Positions 21,332 to 31,736 of a stretch of 64,000 bases of DNA are shown one piece after another (the first letter of the stretch is position 1; each line of letters starts with the position of its first letter). Made by a program: the position numbers and the translations under genes. The notes beneath the pieces are model-generated. The model did no database searches. It saw only the letters and a list, made by a program, of their open reading frames with translations, and was not told the DNA's origin. The DNA comes from a virus (Duplodnaviria; Caudoviricetes). Location of the stretch: positions 64,001 through 128,000 of the IMG/VR virus record IMGVR_UViG_3300035208_002098, one strand, 5' to 3'.

Positions 21332-21880
21332 TTATTTTGATTTATTTTTAGATAAAAGTTCTCTAACCATATTATTAGCCATTTCTTCGGTTATATTTTC
21401 AGTTATAACATCAACTTTAACCCATTTACCACTTTCATTTTTCTCGTGGAAAGTCCAGTCATCTTTAGGTATATTAATAAAATCTTCGGTATAATTCCAA
21501 TCAGTACCTTCATTACAATTTATTTCAATTGTATTTTTTGTAGCATATTCTCTAATTTTACTAGTTTCAATCATAGCAAACTCAGAACATTCTAAATTCC
21601 ATATAATATACCAATCTGATTGATTGTTTGCTTTTCTAATAGGTATGTGAATTGTTTTGAAGTTATTTTTAATAGCTGAAAAAGGTCTTCTCATTTCTGT
21701 TTCGAAACTTACAACCGTACCATCTTTAATAAATTGTAAATCCCATTTTTTATAACTCTCTTCATCAATATCACCAACTAATAAATAACCTTTAGCTTCC
21801 ATCATTTCTTTTAGAGCTAGTTTAGATGGTTTATCCATACCATCATAAGCTTCCTTATTAAATGGTCGTACTTTTGTCAT
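21332..21880 (-). CDS. PD-(D/E)xK-like nuclease-fold protein
   Basis: WDLQF...FETEMR pattern. Confidence 0.4.
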   Translation of the reverse strand: MTKVRPFNKEAYDGMDKPSKLALKEMMEAKGYLLVGDIDEESYKKWDLQFIKDGTVVSFETEMRRPFSAIKNNFKTIHIPIRKANNQSDWYIIWNLECSEFAMIETSKIREYATKNTIEINCNEGTDWNYTEDFINIPKDDWTFHEKNESGKWVKVDVITENITEEMANNMVRELLSKNKSK

Positions 21881-22311
21881 ATTAAATATTTTTGTTGTAA
21901 TTCAACTGGTAATGATTTTATTCCAGAACTACTATAATGAAGATATTCTACATCACAAAATAATGAAACAATCCTAATATCCGGTTTTATATCTTTTAAA
22001 AAACTATAAAGGTTTTGTTCGTATGCTAAATCAGTTGCATTACGTAAACCTCTGACTAATACTACACTACCATATTCTTTTTCTAATAATGTTATAAAAT
22101 CGGTCAATAATGTCCTATAAGGCATTACAATATTATTAGGTAACTTTAGTCTTAATTCATTAGCGATAATAATATTTTGGCCTTTACAATCCTTTTGACT
22201 ATTTACACCAACACCAACAATAACTTCATCAAAAATATCCATTGCTTTACCTAGAATATCGTAATGTCCTTTATGAAATGGGTTAAAAGACCCAGCGTAT
22301 AATCCTACCAT
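21877..22311 (-). CDS. coaD: phosphopantetheine adenylyltransferase
   Basis: YAGSFNPFHKGH, RGLRNATDLAYE, YSSSGIK. Confidence 0.88.
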   Translation of the reverse strand: MVGLYAGSFNPFHKGHYDILGKAMDIFDEVIVGVGVNSQKDCKGQNIIIANELRLKLPNNIVMPYRTLLTDFITLLEKEYGSVVLVRGLRNATDLAYEQNLYSFLKDIKPDIRIVSLFCDVEYLHYSSSGIKSLPVELQQKYLI

Positions 22312-22319
22312 AATATTAA

Positions 22320-23573
22320 TTAATCTCTATTAAAACCAAGTCTTTTCTTTTCTTGAGCCAATTGGCTACCATAAAATCCACGATACGATTCTTTAATTAG
22401 TAATAATGTATCACTTAATGTCCAATCTTTTATGGATTCACTCATAGAATTTAAATTATGTGATAAATTAGCTATAAATGCACCAGTTACATTTATTTTA
22501 TTACCCAGTTCATCATTACCTCTTAAAGAATCATACACTTCTTTTATTTGCCATTTAGTCTCTAAATGTAAATTACAGACATCTTCTATTTGAGTACTAT
22601 CTAGATAACCAAAATCTAATATCATATTAAATCTACCCGGTCTTTCTGCAGCACTATCAACCATATCTTTAGAATTAGTACTGGCTAAAACACTAATTTT
22701 ATTTTTTTTAATACCATCAAAAAATTGAAGGAACGAATTTAATGCTGACATATTGCCATTACCACCGTTACCAGTTCTATTGGCTAAATAAATATCAACA
22801 TCATCAATTACAATAACACCGGGGTCAAATATCGCACACGATTCTAATATTTGTAATAAATCATTACTATTATAAAAATTAGGTATTACAAATGTTGCAT
22901 TACCTAATAATGAAAACATTATTTTACGAATACTTTCAGTCTTACCAGAACCGGGTTTTCCATTAAAAAGGAAACGACATGTATTATTATTCATAACTGA
23001 TGTTATAAAATGGTCAACAAATCTTTTTTGTGTCGCATTTAATATAATATTTTTATTAAAATCTGATGTATTTAAAATTTCAATACCCTCAAATCTACTT
23101 TCATATAAAGTTATTTTTAATACTTTACCTTTATATTCAGAATTATTATAAGCTAATCTTTTAAACTCATTGAAAATTGAGTCATATTGTTTTTCATTTA
23201 AACCATTTTTTGTTGTGATACCTAAAACATTACATAGTTTACCATAACCATTCAAATATTGTCTTGTTTGAATTATAGTCATATCATCTATTTTATCCCA
23301 AGAAACGCTAAACCACCATGGGTATATGTCTTTTCTTCCACCACCAAACGATATTCTTCCAGTATTTGCTTCTGATATACCATAAGTATGTACTTTAATA
23401 CCTAAATCATTATCATTTAAACATTTAAATAAAAAATTATTTATTATAGCAAATTCAATTATAGATATGTCACGTTCAGCTAATTTATCTGTTTCATAGT
23501 CTATACTTTCTACACTACCAACTAATTCTACTTTAATTGGTTCTTCTTCAGAACATTCATCTAATGTATGCAT
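22320..23573 (-). CDS. AAA+ ATPase
   Basis: GKPGSGKT, VIDDVD, STN, RPGRF. Confidence 0.85.
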   Translation of the reverse strand: MHTLDECSEEEPIKVELVGSVESIDYETDKLAERDISIIEFAIINNFLFKCLNDNDLGIKVHTYGISEANTGRISFGGGRKDIYPWWFSVSWDKIDDMTIIQTRQYLNGYGKLCNVLGITTKNGLNEKQYDSIFNEFKRLAYNNSEYKGKVLKITLYESRFEGIEILNTSDFNKNIILNATQKRFVDHFITSVMNNNTCRFLFNGKPGSGKTESIRKIMFSLLGNATFVIPNFYNSNDLLQILESCAIFDPGVIVIDDVDIYLANRTGNGGNGNMSALNSFLQFFDGIKKNKISVLASTNSKDMVDSAAERPGRFNMILDFGYLDSTQIEDVCNLHLETKWQIKEVYDSLRGNDELGNKINVTGAFIANLSHNLNSMSESIKDWTLSDTLLLIKESYRGFYGSQLAQEKKRLGFNRD

Positions 23574-24205
23574 TATATTTTATTTTTTTCAATTAATTCT
23601 AATTTTTGTTTCAATTCTTGTAATCCACCAAAATCACCTAATGTTGTTTTCGATGTAGATAATTTAGGAACTTTCTTTATGATTGGCATATCAATCGTTC
23701 TAGGCTTATTAAAGGCTTCTTTATTTTTGGGTGGTGTACTAACCACTTTTTTATTAAACATGTCTGTATTGGCTTGTTTAATAGCCCAATTAATATGTTT
23801 ATCACCTTTAAGAACTTTATCAACTAGCCATTCATAAAATATTTGATATACTGGCATAGCTATGAATGTATCAGTATCATTACTAGTAATTCCCATACGT
23901 TTATCACCAAACGCTTTTACTAACGGATGCTCAATTTGTTTTCCATCAGTGTTGAAACCACTTTTAATGTGTTCCATCATATTTTCAAAATAGTCATTAC
24001 TACGTGAAACCTCAAAAACTTCTTGAACTGATAATAAATGAATATCACTTATAGCACATTTAAATCTTCCTTTTGGTTTATCAAAAACTTTCTCAGCCTT
24101 TCCTACTGGAAAATAGGCTTTAATTAAATGTGTTAAAAATTTTCTTGATTTTTCACCACGATGCATTTCGTCTAATCGTTTATACACATCTTCTTTTGTA
24201 ATCAT
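23573..24205 (-). CDS. hypothetical protein
   Basis: 210-aa ORF coupled to neighbours. Confidence 0.6.
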   Translation of the reverse strand: MITKEDVYKRLDEMHRGEKSRKFLTHLIKAYFPVGKAEKVFDKPKGRFKCAISDIHLLSVQEVFEVSRSNDYFENMMEHIKSGFNTDGKQIEHPLVKAFGDKRMGITSNDTDTFIAMPVYQIFYEWLVDKVLKGDKHINWAIKQANTDMFNKKVVSTPPKNKEAFNKPRTIDMPIIKKVPKLSTSKTTLGDFGGLQELKQKLELIEKNKI

Positions 24206-24585
24206 TATATGAATATGTTAAAAGTTAATATTATTGTTGTTATATGTAATAGTTGGTCTAAACCTAAAACTCTAAAAAAACCACTATAATTCTTTTTAGC
24301 GTAAAATTTAGAAGATAATTGACTTGTGAAAAAATCAATAATAGTATGTATTACACCGTTTATAACTGAATATTTAATTACTAAAATTATTGGTAATATT
24401 TGCATAAACATCACAAGCGATAACGCAATTAACAAACCAAACGATAATGTATATTCGCTACCATGTATTAATAGATATTTAATGTTTTTACTTTTATTAT
24501 CGGCTATTTCACGACTTTGAAGTAAATAATCAGCTATATAATGTATAATAGCTAATATAACAAAATAATTTAATCCTACTGCCAT
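24205..24585 (-). CDS. DUF3307-like membrane protein
   Basis: HYIADYLLQ, HTIID, GLDQLLH. Confidence 0.75.
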   Translation of the reverse strand: MAVGLNYFVILAIIHYIADYLLQSREIADNKSKNIKYLLIHGSEYTLSFGLLIALSLVMFMQILPIILVIKYSVINGVIHTIIDFFTSQLSSKFYAKKNYSGFFRVLGLDQLLHITTIILTFNIFI

Positions 24586-25019
24586 TACGATAAAAATGTT
24601 TTAATTACTTCACTGGCCATTTTACCATCATATTCACCAGCATAATTTTCTGATAAGTATGACATAACTTTACCCATATCTTTCATAGTTGAATATGAAT
24701 TATCTTCAACAATCCTTTCAACAATACTAGTTAATTGTGTTAAACTCAATACTTTTGGTAAATAACACTCCAAGTAAACATTTTCATCAATTGTATTACA
24801 TTCAACATTCGATGAAATTAATTTCTTAATTATTGATATGGCCTCACCATCAGTTACCGGTGATGTTCTACCAACTTCTTTAGATTTTTTATCCATTTCA
24901 CCAATTAATGTAGATAAAACATTTTTTTGTGCTGTATTACCACTCTTTCTAGCTGACAACATATCGCCAGTAATTTTTTCTAATAACATATTTTTTAATT
25001 TATAGTTAATTTTTACCAA
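24585..25019 (-). CDS. GatB/YqeY domain protein
   Basis: YLPKVLS, MKDMGKVM, YDGKMASE. Confidence 0.8.
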   Translation of the reverse strand: MVKINYKLKNMLLEKITGDMLSARKSGNTAQKNVLSTLIGEMDKKSKEVGRTSPVTDGEAISIIKKLISSNVECNTIDENVYLECYLPKVLSLTQLTSIVERIVEDNSYSTMKDMGKVMSYLSENYAGEYDGKMASEVIKTFLS

Positions 25020-25055
25020 AAATACTAATAATAAATGACTATTTCAATTATATTA

Positions 25056-25607
25056 TCAATTATTTTCTAGCATAGACATAACTTGTTCAACAATTATTGG
25101 TACCGTACTTTCTTTACCTTCTAAAACAGTATATTGTATATTATGTTTTCGTAATAAATCAGTTATTTCTTTATCTTTAGCCTTAGCACCAGCTTCATCT
25201 TGCATCCTACCATCTGAAACATAATGTCTTACTCGTTTTATCAAATAATTTACATTAGTGACATCATTTCGATTGAATTCATCAACAACAAATTGTTCGA
25301 ATGATGGTGATATAACATCGAAATCAGCATATATAACACCCATTAAAAATGGACTATCTGTAATAACGACATCAACCTTATTCTTTAAATGAAACATTCT
25401 ATTATGCTGTTCACCTAAAATATGTACCTGATTAGTTAATAAATTAGTTGTTTCCGACCATACTAAATCCTTCGCATATTCCGTAACTAACTCACAATTA
25501 ACAAACTTCCTTTTTAATTCATAGAACACACCAGCTGCAGATGTACTTTTACCAGCTCCGGGTCCACCCCATAGATTAACAAATATAGTTTTTTTATTTT
25601 CTTTCAT
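25056..25607 (-). CDS. P-loop kinase (AAA_28/NadR-like)
   Basis: GGPGAGKST, EYAKDLVW, ITDSP. Confidence 0.75.
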   Translation of the reverse strand: MKENKKTIFVNLWGGPGAGKSTSAAGVFYELKRKFVNCELVTEYAKDLVWSETTNLLTNQVHILGEQHNRMFHLKNKVDVVITDSPFLMGVIYADFDVISPSFEQFVVDEFNRNDVTNVNYLIKRVRHYVSDGRMQDEAGAKAKDKEITDLLRKHNIQYTVLEGKESTVPIIVEQVMSMLENN

Positions 25608-25903
25608 ACCCTTGTTTTTTTAATTTTACCAGTTTGTTTCTTTATCCATTCAACATACTTAGCTATTTGTGGGTGTGATAATAATAATTCTTTTGTATTA
25701 TAATATCTCCCCATATCTTTCTCAGTAATATATTTATGTATTGTTGAATGACAATCATCCTTACATATTAATATCTTACGATTCTTCATATCTTCTTTGG
25801 TAAAGTTCTTTATAAACCATTTATTATTATGATTTATTTTAGGAATTAAATGATGTTCGTTTAATTCATTTTCCCTACCACATAATTCACAATTACCTAA
25901 CAT
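25604..25903 (-). CDS. small HNH-fold protein
   Basis: CELC...HHLIP...CKDDCH. Confidence 0.65.
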   Translation of the reverse strand: MLGNCELCGRENELNEHHLIPKINHNNKWFIKNFTKEDMKNRKILICKDDCHSTIHKYITEKDMGRYYNTKELLLSHPQIAKYVEWIKKQTGKIKKTRV

Positions 25904-25904
25904 G

Positions 25905-26228
25905 TTATTTTTTATTTATAATAGGTTCAATAATAAACCCAAGTTTATTATATCTGGGAATACCCCTAGTAACAAATTCATTATTAATGAAATTAGCTTT
26001 ATTATTAGCAACTACCACTCTTTCATCATTAGAATTAATGTAATCATATTGAATACCTTCTTCATCGTCACGATAATCCCACACACCACCAATATATTCG
26101 GTACCATCACTATCTTGCACTACTTCAAGTGCTAACCCAAGAGGATGTAGGAATTGTCTATTTAGTTCTTGAAGGTAACCATTCTCTCTAAATTCCTTAA
26201 TATCAATTTTTTTAATTTCATTTTCCAT
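25905..26228 (-). CDS. hypothetical phage protein
   Basis: 107-aa ORF (GYLQELNRQFLHPLGLAL). Confidence 0.6.
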   Translation of the reverse strand: MENEIKKIDIKEFRENGYLQELNRQFLHPLGLALEVVQDSDGTEYIGGVWDYRDDEEGIQYDYINSNDERVVVANNKANFINNEFVTRGIPRYNKLGFIIEPIINKK

Positions 26229-26229
26229 A

Positions 26230-26691
26230 TTATATCATGTATTTAATTGATTTTATTAAATCTTCAATGTTATCAACTTGTTTAATGTAATAACGTTGTG
26301 CTACAATATCTACATTACCTTGTCTCCAAAAACCATCAGGACAACAAATAATCATTTTATGGTCTTTAGCAAATAAACCTAATTCCAATAATGATATTGG
26401 TGACATTGTACCCGGTTGTAAATATAATACAATTAAATCAGCTGTTTCTAAACCTTCCAATTCCCATTGAACTTGCCATCTAAATTGGTTATTACTTATA
26501 TCTTGCTTCCAAGATGAATCCCAATCATTTCTACGTGGATTTAAAAATGTTATATTATCTTCATCATTAAATGAATTTATAATTTGTGTCTGCCAATCAA
26601 TAGCGACACCCATTTCAATTGAACCAGCTAAAAAAACGCTTTTATTACCTTTAGGTATTACTATCTCACTTGGTGGTTTAATTACATTCAT
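26230..26691 (-). CDS. nucleoside 2-deoxyribosyltransferase-like protein
   Basis: VFLAGSI, NPRR, QVQWEL, SPISLLELG. Confidence 0.8.
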   Translation of the reverse strand: MNVIKPPSEIVIPKGNKSVFLAGSIEMGVAIDWQTQIINSFNDEDNITFLNPRRNDWDSSWKQDISNNQFRWQVQWELEGLETADLIVLYLQPGTMSPISLLELGLFAKDHKMIICCPDGFWRQGNVDIVAQRYYIKQVDNIEDLIKSIKYMI

Positions 26692-27058
26692 TGTTTATAG
26701 TATTTAATTTTTCTTTTAATTTTAAGAATCTTTGAGCACAATCAATTTTTTTATTCTTTAATCTATATGCTCGTCTTATTTTTAGTCTTGTAAATGGCAT
26801 AAATAAACCATTGATAGTATCTATATGATTACCATCAATCATAACATCAACACCGTACCAAAATGTAATACTAAACGAATCTTCACACTTAAATTTAAAG
26901 CTAACTCCACTAATGTCATTAGATGTAAATTCAGTCCAATAATCATCATAATCATAACAAATTTTGGCTGTCCATGTTAGTTTATTTGTTTCTAATAAAT
27001 CATAAAACAATAACTTATATTCTCGAAGTATCTTCTTTTTTAATATTATAGCATTCAC
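26678..27058 (-). CDS. hypothetical protein
   Basis: 126-aa ORF after promoter at 27077. Confidence 0.55.
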   Translation of the reverse strand: MNAIILKKKILREYKLLFYDLLETNKLTWTAKICYDYDDYWTEFTSNDISGVSFKFKCEDSFSITFWYGVDVMIDGNHIDTINGLFMPFTRLKIRRAYRLKNKKIDCAQRFLKLKEKLNTINNECN

Positions 27059-27120
27059 ATTATCAATTTTAGATTACAAAGATATGTAAATTTTTTAATA
27101 TATGCAAGTAAATAAATAAA

Positions 27121-27149
27121 AAAAGCCCACCAGCGATAGTGGGCTTTTT
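27121..27149 (-). terminator. intrinsic terminator closing the suppressor-tRNA/Pth2 unit
   Basis: AAAAGCCCAC/GTGGGCTTTT stem with U tract. Confidence 0.8.
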
Positions 27150-27156
27150 ATTAATA

Positions 27157-27627
27157 TTAAGCTTTTGGCTTAATGTCCTTAAGAATCTCACCAATTTCAA
27201 CCTTAACTTTCGTTTCAGTTTCTTTTGTATAATTCACTTGAACGTAACTTATAACTTCAGACATCTTACTCTTCATCAATTTAAAGTTTGGTATAGATAT
27301 TTTAGTTCTTTCATATCCCGGAAACATATATGATTTCCATTCATGTACAGCTACTTTAGCAGCTGAAGTATACATACCCTTATCAACTAAATGTTTTACC
27401 ATTTGACTTAATTTAGTTAAATCATATATACTCACATTACATTTTTCACCATTAAATGTTAATTTAATTGCATGTGGTACACCACCAATTTTAACTGTTA
27501 ATACTTTATAAAAATAGTCAGTGTCTTTATTAATAAATAGATGTTGACTTGTTTTTTCGAAATATTTCATTATTTCTTGTCCAATTACTTGTGACTTGTT
27601 TTCTGTTGTTTTTACTATTGTTTCCAT
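27157..27627 (-). CDS. hypothetical protein downstream of the amber minigene
   Basis: probable start METIVKTT at 27627. Confidence 0.6.
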   Translation of the reverse strand: METIVKTTENKSQVIGQEIMKYFEKTSQHLFINKDTDYFYKVLTVKIGGVPHAIKLTFNGEKCNVSIYDLTKLSQMVKHLVDKGMYTSAAKVAVHEWKSYMFPGYERTKISIPNFKLMKSKMSEVISYVQVNYTKETETKVKVEIGEILKDIKPKA

Positions 27628-27744
27628 AATTTTTTTATATTTTAAGTTTTTTATTATTAATTGTGCTTTATATAGCACTTTTTATTGTTTTTATTATTTA
27701 TTTTTTACCATTTAATAGTGTAATTTATTACACATTCTAATGTT

Positions 27745-27771
27745 TTATGGTGGACGATATATCTATTTCAT
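27745..27771 (-). CDS. amber-containing minigene M-K-(TAG)-I-Y-R-P-P-stop
   Basis: ATG AAA TAG ATA TAT CGT CCA CCA TAA, 10 nt after the Pth2 stop. Confidence 0.5.
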
Positions 27772-27781
27772 ATTGGTAAAA

Positions 27782-28135
27782 TTAAAATAATTGTGATTCT
27801 TCTCTTAAAGCTAATGGTAAATTAGATAATAACTTCCTAGATGCTTCCGATGGTTCGAATGAAACAGCTGTAATTTCATTATCAATATCAGGTTCTCTGA
27901 AGATTGAAATGTTAATATTTCTTAAATTTGCTTTGAAAATCAAATCCTCTAAGTGAGATAAATCTCGTGCAGATAAATGTACTAAGTACTTGGATTTGTC
28001 ATGCCATTCTTTGGCGATTTCTGGATGTTCATGTTGGAATTGGATGCCAGCATGAGATAATTGTGGTGATTGATAGTTATATGGTAATGAACCATTAACA
28101 ACCACGTACAGCTTTTTAATCTATGTTTCTTTCAT
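27782..28135 (-). CDS. Pth2-family peptidyl-tRNA hydrolase with in-frame TAG at codon 5
   Basis: M-K-E-T-(TAG 28121-28123)-IKKLYVVV...QLSHA...W...FREPDIDNEITAV...LPLAL. Confidence 0.72.
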
Positions 28136-29140
28136 AATGTTTAATTTATTAATTATATTATCTTTATATGTTATTCTTATTAATTTAATACCGTTATCAT
28201 TACAGTAATCAGTCTTTATTTTATCTTTTTTAACCCTATCTTTTAAACCTTCTTCACCACCCCATTCATTAACTACCTCAAAATGTTGTCTACCATCATA
28301 TTCAATACATGTATTTAAATCCGGTAAATAAAAATCAAATGGTAGTACTCTTAAATCAACGCAATTTTCAAATATTTTATATTTTATGAAGTTAATATCA
28401 TTAGATATTAAAAATTTTTTTATTTGTTTTTCACCCTTTGATTCATTACATATTTGGCAGCCAGAACCTCTAAGATGGTAATCAGGTTTCTGTTCAAATT
28501 CACCATGTATTGGACAAATTATCTTAACAGGTATTCTCTTATTTATATAATTAACCAATGAATAATCATATTTATAACCATGGACTAATTCAGCTTTATC
28601 TATAAATGTTTTATTATTATGTTTACACCCACTACAATAAGGGCACCCCGAACCATTTATATGATGAGATGGACTTTGTTCAAATTCACCATGGATTGGA
28701 CATATAATAATAACTTTTTTATGAGTTGTTTGATAGTAAACTTTAGAATAGTCGTATTTAAATTTATGAATATTTTGACTATCAACTATAAATTTAAATA
28801 ATGACTTACGTAAAATATCATTTCTTATTATATTACCACATTTTGGGCAATTACAACCTTTTAAATGATTATTAGGTATCTGTTCAAATTCACCATGAAT
28901 AGGACAAATTATTTTTACCTTAGTACACCAATCGATGTAAGATACTTTAGAATAATCGTATTTGTTATTATGAATTAAATTAGCTTTTTCAATAAAATCG
29001 CACATATTAGAAAATTTATTTATATTAAATAAATATCTAGAATTTTTATAAAACACTGTTTGTACAGCTTCATATTGTTGACCTAAATCTTTTCGGTCTA
29101 CAACGTACAATTTTGATTCTTTTGTAATCTAGTGTTTCAT
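28121..29140 (-). CDS. homing endonuclease (zinc-ribbon repeats + Vsr/PD-(D/E)xK domain) fused behind a Pth2-like N-terminus with TAG at codon 4
   Basis: three KYDYS...ICPIHGEFEQ...GCxxC repeats, FDFY...IEYDGRQH; 5' end reads M-K-H-(TAG)-ITKESKLYVVDRKDLG...AVQ. Confidence 0.78.
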
Positions 29141-29270
29141 AACTTTTCTTTTTTAGTTTATATTAATAAATATGTTACAATTTTAAAAAATAATCCTCAA
29201 CTGCGTTTAACCTCTACAGCATAGTTTTGTATAACGTGGTATTATTTCAAATACCTTGTGAATTATTTCG

Positions 29271-29343
29271 TGTCCCTAATCGGGTTCGAACCGATGCACA
29301 CAGGCTTTTAGAGGGCCCGGCTCTGCCACTGAGCTATAAGGAC
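29271..29343 (-). tRNA. amber suppressor tRNA (anticodon CTA)
   Basis: GTCCTTA/TAGGGAC acceptor, GCTC/GAGC D arm, loop CTCTAAA, TTCGAAC T loop. Confidence 0.82.
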
Positions 29344-29828
29344 ATATTTGGGATAGTGGTTAGCAAGCCACATCTAGAACAATATTCAGTATCTGTTAAT
29401 CACGTGATTTGAACGCTATGCTAGTATCACACTAACCAAATTAACCCAAAATATTGGTGATTACCGCTATAGGCTCTCCCCTGACAACTTGTTTTCCCTA
29501 GTAAGGAATTCTTTAGGTTACTAGCCGGGGGTTCGAATCCTTCCTATTGTTCTAAAATGGTAAGATAACAACCATAGGCTTAATTTGGGAAACACTACAC
29601 TAGCTTTTACCTTTTATTAAGTTGCATCCACCAACCACCCCATCTAGAACTTAGGTCTTGGTCTATCGTATATGTAATTAAATTATGTCACCGATTAATC
29701 ACTTCGGCTAGGTTTTGTATTGACTTGCGGTCCGTCAGACCATTTACTGACACCTTGATTACATAATCTAATTACTCTACAAAGATAATTATAATTTTTG
29801 AAAAAAACAAGTGTTTTATCAATTATTT

Positions 29829-30092
29829 TTAAAAAATATTTTCATCTTCTAAATTAATTTCAATTTCATTATGTTTCCAACCTAATTCTAAGTCTCTACA
29901 ATTGGTTAAAGCACTGGTATAATCTTTATAATTCTTCCAATCACCACCACAATTATAAACCACTCTAACAGAATCTAAAGAATGTTCCGGTATTTCTTTA
30001 ATAATACCATTTTCAAACTTATTTTGTATCTTTAAATGCTCTGGTTGGTAACATACCTTATCACCTATATTTACTGTCGCTATATTAATCAT
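29829..30092 (-). CDS. hypothetical protein
   Basis: 87-aa ORF. Confidence 0.55.
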   Translation of the reverse strand: MINIATVNIGDKVCYQPEHLKIQNKFENGIIKEIPEHSLDSVRVVYNCGGDWKNYKDYTSALTNCRDLELGWKHNEIEINLEDENIF

Positions 30093-30096
30093 TTTA

Positions 30097-30846
30097 TTAT
30101 TTTAAAAGATTATCTAAATATTCCTTTGAATTTATCCACATCATGGTTTCAACATCATATACTTCTTCTACATTTTCAATAAATGTTTTTGAATGAGTTG
30201 AAATAATAATTGGTTTACCTGTTTCTTTTAATTTATTTAAATATTTCAATTGATTTCTTAAAGATAATCCTTGTTCTGGTTCATCTAAAAATAACATATC
30301 AAAATCTAAACTTAAAACACCTAATAAAACACCTTCTCTTGTTTCACCATGACTTTCAGCGGCCCACATAAAAATATTATTTACCTCTTGTGCACTATGT
30401 GTAAAACCTTTTTCTGGATTAGGTGTAGTTACTTTAGGGTTGGATTTTTCCATATCAACATTAAAAACCTTTAACCCCTTTAAATTTTCTTTATTAACTT
30501 TAATAAATTGCTTGATTAGAGTTGATTTACCACAACCATTATCACCAACCAATAAGTTTATACCATTTTTTAAAACAAACTCTGTATTCGCTTTATATAA
30601 GGTTTTATATTCACGTGTAATATAATCAAAACTTTCTTTTTTAGTTAACTTTGCTCTTTGAAAAGATTTTAAACCTAATTCTTTAGACTTTTCACTTATT
30701 TTTTTATTCAAACTTCTTTCATCTAACTTTTCATATTTCTTTTCAGTAAACGTATTTTTTCTAATTGGTGAATAATCCCAAGTAGTTTCAATAACATAAT
30801 CTTCTTCGAATTTAATATTTAAGTTTTTCATATTATTTTTTAACAA
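30097..30846 (-). CDS. ABC-type ATPase
   Basis: GDNGCGKST, SHGE, LDEPEQGLS, STHS. Confidence 0.85.
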   Translation of the reverse strand: MLKNNMKNLNIKFEEDYVIETTWDYSPIRKNTFTEKKYEKLDERSLNKKISEKSKELGLKSFQRAKLTKKESFDYITREYKTLYKANTEFVLKNGINLLVGDNGCGKSTLIKQFIKVNKENLKGLKVFNVDMEKSNPKVTTPNPEKGFTHSAQEVNNIFMWAAESHGETREGVLLGVLSLDFDMLFLDEPEQGLSLRNQLKYLNKLKETGKPIIISTHSKTFIENVEEVYDVETMMWINSKEYLDNLLK

Positions 30847-31087
30847 TATATTTATATTTTACTTCTGTAATTTGTTCCACTTCATCCATACTAAGGATTA
30901 TACTATTATCACTACCCCAAGGATTTTCATAAAGTATACGATAATGTTTATTTAATATATTATTAAAATATATACATTGTACTAAATCACAACCCGGTCT
31001 GGATTGTATAACATCTGTTGTTATTAATTTAAAGTCAAATTGTTTACCTTCGAATACTTCAATTGCAAATTCATTAGTTAATTCCAT
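30833..31087 (-). CDS. hypothetical protein
   Basis: 84-aa ORF after promoter at 31112. Confidence 0.55.
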   Translation of the reverse strand: MELTNEFAIEVFEGKQFDFKLITTDVIQSRPGCDLVQCIYFNNILNKHYRILYENPWGSDNSIILSMDEVEQITEVKYKYIVKK

Positions 31088-31184
31088 AATATATTATTTA
31101 TTAATACTTCTGCAAATATATAACAAATAAATGAGACTACCAAATAATTTTAGGATTTTTTTAATATATTGGAAATAAATTTTG

Positions 31185-31255
31185 AGCTACTAACAAGAAT
31201 TGAACTTGCATCTCACCCATACCAAGGGCGAATTCTACCGTTAAACTATAATAGC
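31185..31255 (-). tRNA. tRNA-Thr(GGT)
   Basis: cloverleaf, loop TTGGTAT. Confidence 0.8.
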
Positions 31256-31256
31256 A

Positions 31257-31673
31257 TTATTTGAGAACATTTTTTACAACACCTGTAATTTGAAACCTTT
31301 CAATTTCTACCCAATTAGTTATATCATTACTCATTACTGGTTTACCACCATCATTTACATTAACTGCGACTGTTATGTGTGGTATTTTATTGTTTGAATG
31401 ATAACCTTCAACTCTAACAGCTAAAGCTTTATTACTTACCCCTCTGTGAGTTACGGTTAATGTAACATTTTTAAATTCATCATCATTGATATTTAAATCT
31501 GCCAAACTTTTACCGAATTGTATTGTCATGTGATGAGCAAATGGTTTCCAACCTTCTGGAACACCAATTTTACTTAATAATATATTATGACTTTCTTCAT
31601 CTAAAACAACAGCACAATATAAGATATTGTTATCATACGATTCCCTTAACTTCTGTTTTATTAGATTTTTCAT
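31257..31673 (-). CDS. 2H phosphoesterase (tRNA-ligase CPDase-like or Acb1-like)
   Basis: two HxT motifs (HHMTI, PHITV); KLRE N-terminus. Confidence 0.72.
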   Translation of the reverse strand: MKNLIKQKLRESYDNNILYCAVVLDEESHNILLSKIGVPEGWKPFAHHMTIQFGKSLADLNINDDEFKNVTLTVTHRGVSNKALAVRVEGYHSNNKIPHITVAVNVNDGGKPVMSNDITNWVEIERFQITGVVKNVLK

Positions 31674-31736
31674 AGTATAAACTTTATTTTAATATAAATA
31701 TATCTAAAAATAAAAACATATTGGAAATAAATTTTG

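Noticed and set aside
29521-29548. Plus-strand tRNA suggested by GGGGGTTCGAATCCTTCC
   Set aside because: No acceptor, D or anticodon arm around it.
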